NCBI GenBank assembly: GCA_044222185.1
Contig: JBGANV010000001.1
Span: 1,789,337 to 1,853,336 of the forward strand
Direction of reading: 5' to 3'
From: Planctomycetota bacterium
Lineage (GTDB): Bacteria > Planctomycetota > GCA-002687715 > CAIWVZ01
Length of the DNA stretch: 64,000 bases
Shown in pieces: positions 18,431 through 28,927 of this stretch. The position numbers and the translations under genes were made by a program. The notes beneath the pieces are model-generated. The model did not search any database and had not been told where the DNA came from. It saw only the letters and a list, made by a program, of their open reading frames with translations. Each line of letters begins with the position of its first letter. Position 1 is the first letter of the stretch.

Positions 18431-19910
18431 GACGCCGCCCGCCGCGCCGGCCGCGAACGCTCACACGCCGTTGCGGGACGCGCGGGTCCGCGCGGTGCTC
18501 GCGGACGGGGGCTGGGCATTGGCCATCATCGTCGGCGCGGCGCTCGCGCTGAGGATCTTCCAGCTCGGCACGCAACTTTGGCTCGATGAAGTGCTCATGC
18601 TCGGCGAGCTCGTACGCAAGCCGTTCGGCGAGATGATCACGAGCTATCGCACGGACAACCAGCACCCGCTGTACACGGCCCTCGCCTGGGTTTCGGTCCG
18701 GATGTTCGGCGAAGCGGCGTGGGCTCTCCGCCTGCCTGCGGCCCTCTTTGGGACCGCAGCCGTCGCCGCGTCGTTCGTGTTCGTCAGGCGCGTCGCCGAC
18801 CGAGGCATCGCGCTGCTGGTCGCCGCCGTGATGGCGGTCTGGTACCACCAGATCTGGTTCAGCCAGAACGCCCGCGCGTACACGGCGCTCCTCTTCTTCG
18901 CGCTGCTGTCGGTGGGCCGCTGGCGCGATCTCTGGCGTGGGGATCGGGGCGCCCTCCCCTGGTACGCGGCGTGGACGGCTCTCGCCGCGTACTCGCACCT
19001 GACGGGGGCGTTCCTGGCCGTCGGCGCCTTGCTCGCATGGGTCGTCGGCCGCGTGCGAGCGAGAACCGGGTGGCTGCCGCTGGCCGGCATCGTCCTCGCG
19101 GGCGCGGGCGCGCTCGCGCTGCACGGCCCCATGCTCGGCGAGATGTGGCATTTCTTCGCCGGGCGGCCGGACCGCGTCGCCAAGGCTTCCGAGTGGAAGA
19201 GCCCGCTGTGGACCCTCACGACCCTCGTGCAGGGACTCGGCGCGCGGTCACTCGCCCTGGCAGCCGTTCCCGGACTCATCGCGGTCGTGGCACTTCTGCA
19301 CGGGATGCGCCGCGTGGCGCGGCGTGATCCCGGGACGGTGCTCGCCATGATCCTTCCCGGCGTCGTCGGCGCCGCCGTCACGCTCGGGCTCGGTCGGCAC
19401 CTGTGGCCTCGGTTCTTCGTGTTCCAATCGACGTTCGTCCTCTGGCTGGGGCTCGAAGGCGTGAGGCCAGCATTCGAAGCGATCGTCGGGAGGATCGCGG
19501 GCGCCGGTGCCCGTGCGTCGTGGATCAAGACGACAGCGGCGACACTCGTCGTCGTCGCGGGCCTGGTCACCGCGCGGAACGTCTACGAGACCAAGCAGGA
19601 CTTCGAGAGCCCGCGCGAGTACGTGCGCTCCCACCGTGCCCCCGACGAACCCGTGTTCACGGCGGGGCTCGCAACCTGGCCGTATCAGTACCTCTACGCG
19701 CCCGAGTTCGAGCCTGTCCAAGACGCCGCCGAGTTCGAACCCGCGCTCGGTCGGCCTTCACGCGCGTGGCTGATCTACGCCTCCGAGATCTTCATGAAGG
19801 CGAATCGGCCGGCCGTGTGGGAGGTCGTCGCATCCCGCTTCGAGGTCGTGCAGCGCTGGCCCAGCTCGCTTGGCGAAGTCGTGCTGTGCCGCGAGAAGTC
19901 CGAGCGATGA
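18420..19910 (+). CDS. GT-C fold glycosyltransferase of the ArnT/PMT (GT39/GT83) type
   Basis: 496 aa, ~11 TM helices. N-terminal loop with a DE-containing motif (WLDEVLM) after the first TM, as in ArnT/PMT proteins. 11-nt overlap with the UXS gene. Confidence 0.65.
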   Translation: MTAETPPAAPAANAHTPLRDARVRAVLADGGWALAIIVGAALALRIFQLGTQLWLDEVLMLGELVRKPFGEMITSYRTDNQHPLYTALAWVSVRMFGEAAWALRLPAALFGTAAVAASFVFVRRVADRGIALLVAAVMAVWYHQIWFSQNARAYTALLFFALLSVGRWRDLWRGDRGALPWYAAWTALAAYSHLTGAFLAVGALLAWVVGRVRARTGWLPLAGIVLAGAGALALHGPMLGEMWHFFAGRPDRVAKASEWKSPLWTLTTLVQGLGARSLALAAVPGLIAVVALLHGMRRVARRDPGTVLAMILPGVVGAAVTLGLGRHLWPRFFVFQSTFVLWLGLEGVRPAFEAIVGRIAGAGARASWIKTTAATLVVVAGLVTARNVYETKQDFESPREYVRSHRAPDEPVFTAGLATWPYQYLYAPEFEPVQDAAEFEPALGRPSRAWLIYASEIFMKANRPAVWEVVASRFEVVQRWPSSLGEVVLCREKSER

Positions 19911-19919
19911 CCCGCCGAC

Positions 19920-20987
19920 TCACGACTCCTTCGCGAGAGTCCGGAGGATCGCTGCGGCGCACTGATCGAGCGGGACGACTTCTTCCGCGCCGCCAAGGGC
20001 GATCGCTTCCTTCGGCATCCCGAACACGACGCAGCTCGCCTCGTCCTGGGCGAAGGTGTGAGCCCCGGCCTTGCGCATCGCGAGTAGCCCCTTCGCGCCG
20101 TCGTTTCCCATCCCGGTGAGGATCGCGCCCACGGCGTTGCGCCCGAGGAACTGCGCGCACGAATCGAAGAGCACGTCCACGGACGGGCGGTGGTGATTCA
20201 CTGGCGCGCCCTCGAAGACGCGCACCGAATAGTGGGCACCGCTGCGCTCGACGGCCATGTGGAAGTTGCCCGGCGCGATCAACGCCTGGCCGGGAATGAT
20301 GCGATCCCCGTTCGCCGCCTCCCGGACACGGATCTTGCACAGCCCGTCCAGTCGTTCGGCAAACCACTTGGTGAACTTCTCGGGCATGTGCTGGACGATG
20401 ACGATGCCGGGGCAGTCTGCCGGAACGCGCGTGAGGACCTCGCGGAGGGCTTCCGTCCCACCGGTCGAGGCGCCGATGGCGATGACCTTGTCGGTGCTTC
20501 GGATGAGCGCGCCCGACGGCGCCGGCGCGGACGGCGCCACATCACCGACGGTGCGAACGATCGACGGTCGCGAGCGCGGCCGAAGCCGAGCCGTCGCTGC
20601 ACTCTTCACCTTGGCGACGATCTCTCCCGCCAGGTCCACGGTGCCGGCGCGAACGTCGATCTTCGGTTTCGTGACGAAGTCGACGGCGCCGAGCTCCAAC
20701 GCGCGCAGCGTCGTCTCGCACGAGCGCTCCGTGAGCGAAGAAATCATGACGACCGGCATGGGATAGGCGCGCATGAGCTTCTCGAGGAAGCTCAAACCGT
20801 CCATGCGTGGCATCTCCACGTCCAGCGTCAGCACGTCGGGCTTCAGCTGCCGGATCTTGTCGACGGCCGCCACCGGATCGGGGGCCGACCCCACGACTTC
20901 GAGATCCGAATCGCGCGCCAGGATGTCCGTCAGGAGCTGGCGAACCAGGGCCGAGTCGTCGATGACCAGAACTTTCGTCTTCGCCAT
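19920..20987 (-). CDS. cheB: Chemotaxis response regulator protein-glutamate methylesterase CheB
   Basis: REC domain ([13 protein letters not shown]...DVEMPRMDG) plus C-terminal methylesterase with GASTGG and the catalytic His/Asp region. Confidence 0.9.
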   Translation of the reverse strand: MAKTKVLVIDDSALVRQLLTDILARDSDLEVVGSAPDPVAAVDKIRQLKPDVLTLDVEMPRMDGLSFLEKLMRAYPMPVVMISSLTERSCETTLRALELGAVDFVTKPKIDVRAGTVDLAGEIVAKVKSAATARLRPRSRPSIVRTVGDVAPSAPAPSGALIRSTDKVIAIGASTGGTEALREVLTRVPADCPGIVIVQHMPEKFTKWFAERLDGLCKIRVREAANGDRIIPGQALIAPGNFHMAVERSGAHYSVRVFEGAPVNHHRPSVDVLFDSCAQFLGRNAVGAILTGMGNDGAKGLLAMRKAGAHTFAQDEASCVVFGMPKEAIALGGAEEVVPLDQCAAAILRTLAKES

Positions 20988-21012
20988 GTTCGGGAATCCG
21001 TTCGGTTTCGAC

Positions 21013-22785
21013 TCAAGGCAGATGGACTTCGGGGTCCCTCTGCCACTGGAATTCGGCCACGACCTCGTTGCCCGCACCACGGAAGGCCACGCTGCGGCAG
21101 ATGGATGCCACGAGCGCGATCCCTCGCCCGCTGGGCGCCGTGAGCGAACACTCGGCGATCGCCTTCAGGGACGAGTAGTCGAATCCCTTGCCGCTGTCCT
21201 TGATGGAGATGGTGAGCAGGCCGCCGCCCTCGACCGTGACGTGATCGAGCTTGATCTTGACGCTCCCGGACTTGAGCTTGGCGAGCGCCGCCGCGCGAGC
21301 GGTGAAGTACTTCTCGAACCCATCGGGTTCGCCCTTCAGGTTCGAACTGAGCCCGAGGACCCCGTGATCGATCGCGTTGCTGACGAGCTCGGCGAGTACG
21401 AGGAACAGGGTCTCCTTCTGCCCCTCGAATCCCTGGAGGTCCGTCACGAGACGGCCCAGCAAAGGGAGAGGGTCCGTGGACTGGATCGCGTCTGCGTGGA
21501 GCTCGAGCTCCACGGTCCAGTGCGTTGACGGCCGCACACCCGGACCGAGCCCACGCGGCGAGCGACGCTTGCCTTGGATGGCCGCGTCTGCTCGAAGCTC
21601 GATCAGGGTCTGATCGTCCGCCTGGGCCTGGCTCTCGCCGAATGCCGTCACGGCTTCGATCAGGGCCTCGAAGGCCCGCTCCGGGTCCTCCTGCGCAGTG
21701 AGGATGGCAGCGATGCGATCCATCCCGAACATCTCTCCCGCGCGATTCGACGCCTCCGGAAGGCCGTCCGAGAAGAAGTAGATCCGATCACCGTCCTTGA
21801 TGCTGACGGTTTCGGTTTCGAGGTTCAGCGCCGTGTCGTCCAGGATGCCGAGCGGCGGCTGGAGCGATCGGAAACTTGCGACGGCCCCCGCCCTCGGACG
21901 AACGATCATTCCGTCGGGCACACCGGCATTCAGCACGGTGAGCGCGCCGCCCACCGCGTCCAACTCGATCAGGCATGCAGCGAGGAACAGGCCGGCGGGC
22001 ATGACCGCCTTCAGCCTGCGGTTGATCTCGCGCGCGATGTCGAGGATCGAGAAGCCGCGCTCCGTCATGCTGTAGAAGATCTCGGCGACTGACAGCGTGC
22101 CCGTCGCGGCCGGCAACCCGTGACCGGCGAAGTCCCCGATGAGAGCGTTCTGCGCACCGTTGGGACGCCAGGCTGCCAGGAGGAGGTCTCCGTGAAACAC
22201 CTCCGCGGGCGCCAGCAGGTACTTGATGTTGGGGGCGTCCAGGTTCCCCGTGCGTACGAGTCGTTTGAACAGGTCGCGAGCAACCTCCTGCTCGCGGCGG
22301 ACACGCGCGCCGTGTCGGTTGAGTTCGTCGTTCTGCGCGATGATCCGGTCGTTCAGCCGGCTGATCCGGACCATGGCAGCCATCTTCGCCTCGAGCACCG
22401 TCGGGCGGAGCGGCTTCGAGAGGAAGTCGTCTCCCCCGGCTTCGACGCACTTGGCGATGCGCGCATCGCTGAGCGTGTTCGTCACGAAGATGATCGGCAC
22501 GAACCGAGCGCCGGAGATCGCCTTGATGCGCCGGGCGGACTCGAACCCGTCCATGACGGGCATTTCGCAATCCAGGATCACGCAGTCCGGCTGGTGGAGC
22601 TGGTAGAGGACCACCGCCTCCGCGCCGTTCTTGCTCTCCACGACGTCGCAGTTCTGCGAACGGAGCATGGCCACGAGGATCATGCGATCCGCGCGGTCAT
22701 CCTCGGCGATGACGACCTTCAGGCGCTTGCGGGGCGCCGCCCTCACGAGGTCGCACGTCCCGGGAATCGTCGCAGTCCCGCTCAT
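21013..22785 (-). CDS. Tripartite receiver - PP2C (SpoIIE/RsbU-like) phosphatase - RsbW-like GHKL serine kinase/anti-sigma domain protein
   Basis: N-terminal REC ([11 protein letters not shown]...DCEMPVMDG). Central PP2C-like region (GDFAGHG, FFSDG). C-terminal HATPase-like boxes ([25 protein letters not shown]). Confidence 0.8.
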   Translation of the reverse strand: MSGTATIPGTCDLVRAAPRKRLKVVIAEDDRADRMILVAMLRSQNCDVVESKNGAEAVVLYQLHQPDCVILDCEMPVMDGFESARRIKAISGARFVPIIFVTNTLSDARIAKCVEAGGDDFLSKPLRPTVLEAKMAAMVRISRLNDRIIAQNDELNRHGARVRREQEVARDLFKRLVRTGNLDAPNIKYLLAPAEVFHGDLLLAAWRPNGAQNALIGDFAGHGLPAATGTLSVAEIFYSMTERGFSILDIAREINRRLKAVMPAGLFLAACLIELDAVGGALTVLNAGVPDGMIVRPRAGAVASFRSLQPPLGILDDTALNLETETVSIKDGDRIYFFSDGLPEASNRAGEMFGMDRIAAILTAQEDPERAFEALIEAVTAFGESQAQADDQTLIELRADAAIQGKRRSPRGLGPGVRPSTHWTVELELHADAIQSTDPLPLLGRLVTDLQGFEGQKETLFLVLAELVSNAIDHGVLGLSSNLKGEPDGFEKYFTARAAALAKLKSGSVKIKLDHVTVEGGGLLTISIKDSGKGFDYSSLKAIAECSLTAPSGRGIALVASICRSVAFRGAGNEVVAEFQWQRDPEVHLP

Positions 22786-22798
22786 GGGAGCGTCGCCC

Positions 22799-23104
22799 TC
22801 AGGCGATCTTGAAGAGCTTCTGGAAGTTGGCGACGTTCAAGATCTTCGCCACGTTGGGCTTCGCCCGGGCGAGCGTGACGTCAGCACCGTCACCGCCCGC
22901 ATCCTGCTTGAGAAGCAAGAGCATGCCGAGCGCTGAGCTGTCCATGTACTCGGTCCGTGACAGGTCGACGACGACCCGGCGCGGCTTCGGCTGAACGTCG
23001 GCGTACGCGTGGCGGAATTCGTTGTGGACGCTGAAATCGAATCGACCTTCGACTCCGATCGTGATCACGCCGCCGTCCGGCGACACCGTTGCACTGATAG
23101 CCAT
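22799..23104 (-). CDS. STAS-domain anti-sigma-factor antagonist (SpoIIAA/RsbV-like)
   Basis: 101 aa. DLSRTEYMDSSALGMLL motif with the conserved phosphorylatable Ser context. Confidence 0.8.
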   Translation of the reverse strand: MAISATVSPDGGVITIGVEGRFDFSVHNEFRHAYADVQPKPRRVVVDLSRTEYMDSSALGMLLLLKQDAGGDGADVTLARAKPNVAKILNVANFQKLFKIA

Positions 23105-23137
23105 GGCCTTCTCTTCGTCCGATTCGGGGTTTGCGGA

Positions 23138-24778
23138 TCAGAACAATGTGACGTTGTCCGCCGGCGCGGCCTCGGCAGGCTTGGCCGCCACGTGGCAGTA
23201 CTCCGACTCCTGCGCGAGGACCGACGTGAGGTTGACCGCACCGCGAGCTGCGACCTGGGCGCGGCCCGTGTGCGTGTAGAAGCGCACTTCGAGGGGGAAC
23301 GTTCCCCCGAGTTTCTCGCTGTGGATCGGGATCTTCTCGGTCGACAGGAACTGTTTGATGAACTCGGCGTTCTTCTCACCGACCTTCGAAGACATGACTT
23401 TTGCGTCGATGACGTGAGCGCCGCCGAACACCTTGGCGACGAAGCGGCGCCGATCGCCGCCGAGTTTCATGATCTCGTTGATGAGGACTTCCATCGCGTT
23501 GATCCCGAAACGCGTCGGCATGCCGTAGTCGTCGCCGCCATCCGGTAGGAGGAAGTGATTCATGCCTCCGACCTTCTTCTCGGGATCGAACAGGCACGCA
23601 GCGATGCAGGACCCCAGCAGCGTCTTCACGACTGCCGGCTCCCGACTCGCAAAGACGCCGCCAATCTCGATGCGCTTCTCGAGGATCTTCGGCTCGGTCG
23701 GCGTCGCCAAAGGACGGTTGGCCAGGCTCGCCAACGTGGGCAGCGGCGCCCCCGCTCGCGGGCTCGCCGGGACCGTGGGCGCCGGGCGGGACGCGGGCTT
23801 GTCCGCGCGGCGCTCCAGGCCTGGCGGGCGCTTCAACGCGGCCGGAGCCTGCGGAGCCACCTCCGGTCCCGCGCCGTCAGTCGGCGTCCGCGAGTAGATC
23901 GTCGGGCCCGCCGGCTTGTAGAGCTCCGGCATCCAGTGGAGCGTTTCCGAGTGCCCGATGATCAGGAACCCCGTGGGGTCGAGGAGCGTCGAGAACCGTT
24001 TGAAGAGGGTCTCCTGCGTGGGCCGGTCGAAATAGATGACGACGTTGCGGCAGAAGATCAGGTCGAACGGACCGCGGACGGGCCACGTCGGCGCGATCAG
24101 GTTTGCCTGGCGGAAGGTGATCAGGCGCTTCACCTCGGGGCGGATCTTGAACAGCCCGTCGGACTTGCCGGTCCCGCGAAGGAGGTACTTCGCCTGCAGC
24201 GCCTGCGGGATCTCGGCGATCGTCTCGGCCGGATAGACGCCGGCCTCGGCCTTCGCGAGCACCTCGGTGTCGATGTCCGTGGCGACGATGCTCACGTCCC
24301 AGCCACGCGTCGCGTTCGCCTGCTCGAGCAGCGTCATGGCGAGCGTGTAGGGCTCTTGTCCGGTGGAGCACGCCGCGCTCCAGATCTGCAAACGCTTCGG
24401 ACCACCGCTTCGCGCCCGCTCCGCGATCGCCGGGATCACCGTGTCCGCGACGAACTTGAAGTGATGCGGCTCGCGGAAGAAGCCGGTCTTGTTCGTCGTG
24501 AGCGCGTTGATGAACTCGCGCATCTCCGCCGAGTCCGTCGCCTGCTTCTCGAGCAACCGGTGGTAGGCCCCGTAGGTATCCACGCCGTTCTCGCGGAGTC
24601 GCGAGCGAAGTCGCGACGCCACCAGCACCTGCTTGGCGTCGGGCAGAGAAATCCCGAAGACGCGGTAGGCCAACGCACGAAGGGCCACGAACTCCTCGTA
24701 GTGCAGGGCCGGCCCACCGCCGAACTCGACGGTCGCACCAGGCTGCGCACTCTGCTTGTCGTCGCCACTCACGTCCAC
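23138..24778 (-). CDS. CheR methyltransferase fused to CheD chemoreceptor glutamine deamidase
   Basis: Residues ~90-290 match CheR (FFREPHHF, IWSAACSTGQEPY, IFCRNVVIYFD). After a P/A-rich linker, residues ~370-520 match CheD (LGSCIAACLFD, GGMNHFLLP). Confidence 0.85.
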   Translation of the reverse strand: MDVSGDDKQSAQPGATVEFGGGPALHYEEFVALRALAYRVFGISLPDAKQVLVASRLRSRLRENGVDTYGAYHRLLEKQATDSAEMREFINALTTNKTGFFREPHHFKFVADTVIPAIAERARSGGPKRLQIWSAACSTGQEPYTLAMTLLEQANATRGWDVSIVATDIDTEVLAKAEAGVYPAETIAEIPQALQAKYLLRGTGKSDGLFKIRPEVKRLITFRQANLIAPTWPVRGPFDLIFCRNVVIYFDRPTQETLFKRFSTLLDPTGFLIIGHSETLHWMPELYKPAGPTIYSRTPTDGAGPEVAPQAPAALKRPPGLERRADKPASRPAPTVPASPRAGAPLPTLASLANRPLATPTEPKILEKRIEIGGVFASREPAVVKTLLGSCIAACLFDPEKKVGGMNHFLLPDGGDDYGMPTRFGINAMEVLINEIMKLGGDRRRFVAKVFGGAHVIDAKVMSSKVGEKNAEFIKQFLSTEKIPIHSEKLGGTFPLEVRFYTHTGRAQVAARGAVNLTSVLAQESEYCHVAAKPAEAAPADNVTLF

Positions 24779-24846
24779 GTCCTCCCCAGCGTCACGATCC
24801 CGGAGTCTCTTCGATCTGCCGATGCCGCCGACGCGTCACCACTCCC

Positions 24847-26388
24847 TCAGCCCTGCGTGTCGACCTTGAACTGGCCGACGAGCTGGTCGAGCTCCCGCGA
24901 CTGCGTGGAGAGCGCCGATGCCGTGCCGGAGATCTCCTCCGCCTGGCTCGCGTTCGCCTGGGTGATCTTGTCGATGTCGGAAACGGCATGGTTGATCTGG
25001 CCGACGCCCGTCGCCTGCTCCTTCGACGCTGCGGCGATCTCGGCGACGATGGCCGTGACGCGTTTGACGGCGTCCACGATCTCCGTGAGGGTCGACCCCG
25101 AGCGGTTGACCAATTCCGTGCCGGCTCCGATCTTGGAGACCGAATCCTGGATGAGTCCCTTGATCTCGCGCGCCGCGCTCGCGCTTCGCTGCGCAAGACT
25201 GCGAACCTCGGCCGCCACAACGGCGAAACCCCGACCCTGCTCGCCGGCGCGCGCAGCTTCCACCGCCGCGTTCAACGCCAGGAGGTTCGTCTGGAACGCG
25301 ATCTCGTCGATCGTCGTGATGATGTCGGCGATCTTCCGGGAGGACTGATTGATCTCGGACATGGCCGAGACCGCGCTGCCGACGACCGAGCCACCGGCTT
25401 CGGCGACCGTGCGGGCTCCGTCGGCGAGCTGGTTCGCCTGGCTGGCGCTGTCGGCATTCTTGCGAACGGTCTGCGTGAGCCGCTCGAGGTTCGCCGCGGT
25501 TTCCTCCAGTCCGGACGCCTGACGCTGGGCGCCGTCCGAGATCTGCGACGTTGCTGCCGAGAGTTCCGTTGCCGCGACGCCGACGCTTCTCGACGCGTTC
25601 CGCAGGTCGAGCATGATCTTGTGGAGGTGCGTCATGAAGACGTCGAACCACTTGCTCAACTCGCCGATCTCGTCGGTGCGTTGAAGCGCCAGGCGCTTCG
25701 TCAGATCCCCTTCGCCCTCGGCGATGTCTCGAAGCTGCTCGACGACGTGACTCAACGGACGGGTGATGCTGCGCGCCACGAAGTACGCGAGACCTGCGAG
25801 GATGGCAGCGGTTGCCGTCACGATGGTGAGCAGCAGGACGTTCGCATGATTCTGGACTTCGGCGGCGTGCTCGGACGCCTTCGTCGCGGACTTCTCGATC
25901 AGATCGCTGAGAGAACTCATCCGTCCCTCGAGGACTCCGAACGTCTCGAGGAACTTGGGAAGCTCCGCCTTGGCCGCATTGGCGTCGGAGACGGCGAGCT
26001 TGACGGTCTTCTCCGCGTGTGCGATGTAGGATTCGAGTTCGGGCTTGACCCCGTTCAGAGCCGAGTGGAGCTCGGCATCCAGCGGGAGTTTGGCGTTCTC
26101 CTCCAGCTCATCACGGAAGTGCCCGGCGTGCTCCGCGAGGTCCTTTGCCACGGCCTCGTGCTCCTCGGGAGACTGGGCGAGGATCGCGGCCAGCACGTCC
26201 GCGCGGAGCGCGTCGTGCATCATGTCGCTCTCCATGTGGTGCCGGATGGCCGATGTCGTCGTGTTCACGGCTTCCGTGCCATCGGCGACGGACTCGAGCC
26301 CCCACCACGAGGTGCCGCCCAGGACGAGCGCGAGCACCAGGCCGGACATCCCGATTCCGAATAGCTTCGTTCGAATCTTGAGCTGCAT
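24847..26388 (-). CDS. Methyl-accepting chemotaxis protein (2 TM, HAMP, MCP signalling domain)
   Basis: Conserved MCP signalling-domain core ([41 protein letters not shown]). Confidence 0.85.
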   Translation of the reverse strand: MQLKIRTKLFGIGMSGLVLALVLGGTSWWGLESVADGTEAVNTTTSAIRHHMESDMMHDALRADVLAAILAQSPEEHEAVAKDLAEHAGHFRDELEENAKLPLDAELHSALNGVKPELESYIAHAEKTVKLAVSDANAAKAELPKFLETFGVLEGRMSSLSDLIEKSATKASEHAAEVQNHANVLLLTIVTATAAILAGLAYFVARSITRPLSHVVEQLRDIAEGEGDLTKRLALQRTDEIGELSKWFDVFMTHLHKIMLDLRNASRSVGVAATELSAATSQISDGAQRQASGLEETAANLERLTQTVRKNADSASQANQLADGARTVAEAGGSVVGSAVSAMSEINQSSRKIADIITTIDEIAFQTNLLALNAAVEAARAGEQGRGFAVVAAEVRSLAQRSASAAREIKGLIQDSVSKIGAGTELVNRSGSTLTEIVDAVKRVTAIVAEIAAASKEQATGVGQINHAVSDIDKITQANASQAEEISGTASALSTQSRELDQLVGQFKVDTQG

Positions 26389-26506
26389 ATCACCCTCGTA
26401 TCGACCTGCGATCCCAAACCATGAGTCTCATCCTTTGCGAGCCGCCCGTCGCGTGGGGCGGCTCGGCGGTTCGACGGACTCGATGACCCTGCCCGCTCGA
26501 CTCGAC

Positions 26507-28366
26507 TCAGAAGTCCTCGAACGTCAGATCCGACGGGTTGCTCGTCGAATCGCCCTGCATGTCGCGTCCGAGAGCCGCGAGTCCGGATTCGACCTGCGCT
26601 GCGTTGTCCTGGAACCTCGGCTTCGACGCCGGCACCGAAGACGCGGCGGCACGAGGTGCCTGGCTCGGAGCCTTCGCCGCGGCGTCTCGAGCCTTGGGCG
26701 ACGGATTCACCGGGCGCGCCCTCGGCGCCTCGTGAGCCGGCGGCGGCGTTGGGGCGGCGCCGTCCAGGTCCACTCGGAACCGGGCGACGATCCCGCGGAG
26801 TTGCTCCGATTGCTGGGCGAGCGACTCTGCCGTCCCGGACATCTCCTCCGTCTGCGACGCGTTCGACTGCGTGACGCTGTCCATCTGCGAGACCGCGCGG
26901 TTCACCTGCTCGACGCCCGTCGCCTGCTCGCGCGATGCGGAGGCGATCTCCGAGATGATGTCCGTGACCCGCTTGACGGCCGTCACGATCTCGTTCAGCG
27001 TCGCGCCCGACTTGTTGACGAGCTCGGATCCGCCCTCGACCTTCTGGACGGAATCCTGGATGAGGCCTTTGATCTCCTTGGCCGCGGTCGCGCTGCGCTG
27101 CGCCAGGTTGCGGACCTCGGAAGCGACGACGGCGAACCCACGTCCCTGTTCACCGGCGCGCGCCGCCTCGACGGCGGCATTCAGCGCCAGCAGGTTCGTC
27201 TGGAACGCGATCTCGTCGATCGTCGTGATGATCTCTGCGATCTTCTTCGATGCCGTGTTGATCTCGCCCATGGCCGTGACGGCCTCGTTGACGACGCGCC
27301 CGCCGTTCTCGGCGACGTCGCGTGCTGCGCCGGCGAGCTGGCTCGCTTGCTGCGCGTTGTCGGCGTTTGCCTTCACGGTCGAGGTCATCTCTTCGAGCGT
27401 GGCGGCCGTCTGTTCCAGGCTCGACGCCTGTTCCTGGGCGCCAGCCGAGATCTGCGTGCTGGCCGCCGAGAGTTCACGCGACGCGGTCGCCACACCCTCT
27501 GCAGTGGACCGCACCTGGCAAAGCGTCGTGCGCATGGACGAAATGGCGTCGTTCAGTGCGCTCGACATGCGACCGACCTCGTCCGTCGTCTTGATCTGAA
27601 GCGACGACGTGAAGTCGCCCTGTGCGACGTGCGACAGGACCTCCGCGGCGCGACCCAGAGGGCGGGCGATCTGCGTCGAGATCAGCGTCCCGAGAAGCAA
27701 CCCGCCGATGATCATCAAGACGGTCGCGATGATGCTCGTCTGGATGGCGCCGCGTGCCTCGGCGCGGCCGTCCTCGTTCATGTCGCTCGCGACCGCACCG
27801 ACGGTCGTGACCAGTTCCTCGAGACTCGAGGCGGCGACCTCCAGGGCCGCCCGCGTCGAGACGATGCCCTTGTGAACGCCGGCCTCGACGGCTTGATGCT
27901 CCTCGGGAGTCGTGGCCGTCCAACGCTGCGCGGTCTTCGCCGCGACGTTCGCCCCCTGCTCGAAGTAGCTGGCGACCGCCTTGCGAACGGACTCCAGGTC
28001 GTGTGTCTCGCTGCGGCCGGAACGCGAGACACGCAGAACGGTCGCGGCGTAGGCATCGAGCGACGCGGTCACCGCCTTGCGGATCTGCTCCTGGGCCGCG
28101 ACCGCCTTGTCGCAGCCGGCGCGGTCCGTGGACTCGGCCACCACCTCCGTGGCGTCCACGAAATGCGCGAGGTTCGCGGCCGCCTTCGCCAGGTCGTTGC
28201 TCGCGACGGTGTAGTCTTCGTACACGACCCGGAGTGACTCCTGGACGTGAAGAATGTCGATGCACGTGACCGCACCGCCCACCGCGGCGATCACGCAGAC
28301 CGACGCGAACGACAGCATCAACTTCGCTTTGGTGTTGAGATTCCAGAACCAGCTCATTGCATCCAA
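26507..28366 (-). CDS. Methyl-accepting chemotaxis protein (larger periplasmic domain, HAMP, MCP signalling domain)
   Basis: Same conserved signalling core ([41 protein letters not shown]). N-terminal TM helix. Confidence 0.85.
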   Translation of the reverse strand: MDAMSWFWNLNTKAKLMLSFASVCVIAAVGGAVTCIDILHVQESLRVVYEDYTVASNDLAKAAANLAHFVDATEVVAESTDRAGCDKAVAAQEQIRKAVTASLDAYAATVLRVSRSGRSETHDLESVRKAVASYFEQGANVAAKTAQRWTATTPEEHQAVEAGVHKGIVSTRAALEVAASSLEELVTTVGAVASDMNEDGRAEARGAIQTSIIATVLMIIGGLLLGTLISTQIARPLGRAAEVLSHVAQGDFTSSLQIKTTDEVGRMSSALNDAISSMRTTLCQVRSTAEGVATASRELSAASTQISAGAQEQASSLEQTAATLEEMTSTVKANADNAQQASQLAGAARDVAENGGRVVNEAVTAMGEINTASKKIAEIITTIDEIAFQTNLLALNAAVEAARAGEQGRGFAVVASEVRNLAQRSATAAKEIKGLIQDSVQKVEGGSELVNKSGATLNEIVTAVKRVTDIISEIASASREQATGVEQVNRAVSQMDSVTQSNASQTEEMSGTAESLAQQSEQLRGIVARFRVDLDGAAPTPPPAHEAPRARPVNPSPKARDAAAKAPSQAPRAAASSVPASKPRFQDNAAQVESGLAALGRDMQGDSTSNPSDLTFEDF

Positions 28367-28408
28367 CCCTCTCGTCCTGACCGTTCTCTCATCGCCTCGG
28401 CGGCGCCA

Positions 28409-28927
28409 TCACTCCGCGGCCATTCCACTCGCCGGCAAGTCGATCCCGAGCCCCGCGACCTTGTCGATGTCGAGCAGCGCGATGAGACGATCGCCGGACT
28501 TGGCCAGTCCCCGCAGGAACGACACGTCAGCACCGCCCATCTCGGGCGCGGGGTCGATGTCGTTCGCCGGAACGTCCAGCACGTCGGACACCGCGTCGAC
28601 GACCAACCCGGTGACCTTCGATCCGACGTTGACCACGATGATCACCGTGAATTGGTTGTAGTCCGCCTTCGCGAGCGCGAACTTCATTCGCAGGTCGAGG
28701 ACCGGCACCACCGTCCCGCGGAGGTTCATCACCCCTTTGATGTGCGGCGGGGTATTGGGAATGGGGGTTATCGCGGAGAACCCTTTGATCTCCTGCACGC
28801 GCAGGATCTCGAGGCCGTATTCCTCGGACCCGAGCATGAAAGTGAGGTACTGGTTGATCGCCTCATGACGATCGGCCACCTGCGTCACCAATTCCGTTGT
28901 CTGCTTCACGTTTCCATCCCCCCTCAC
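28409..28927 (-). CDS. cheW: Chemotaxis coupling protein CheW
   Basis: 172 aa single CheW domain (YLTFMLGSEEYGLEILRVQEI...). ATGA overlap with cheA. Confidence 0.9.
   Translation of the reverse strand: MRGDGNVKQTTELVTQVADRHEAINQYLTFMLGSEEYGLEILRVQEIKGFSAITPIPNTPPHIKGVMNLRGTVVPVLDLRMKFALAKADYNQFTVIIVVNVGSKVTGLVVDAVSDVLDVPANDIDPAPEMGGADVSFLRGLAKSGDRLIALLDIDKVAGLGIDLPASGMAAE

Noticed and set aside
26507-26530. C-terminal ...DLTFEDF of the 26507-28366 MCP as an NWETF-like CheR/CheB tethering pentapeptide
   Set aside because: It has aromatic residues at the right spacing (F-x-x-F) but lacks the conserved Trp. I cannot support this from sequence alone.
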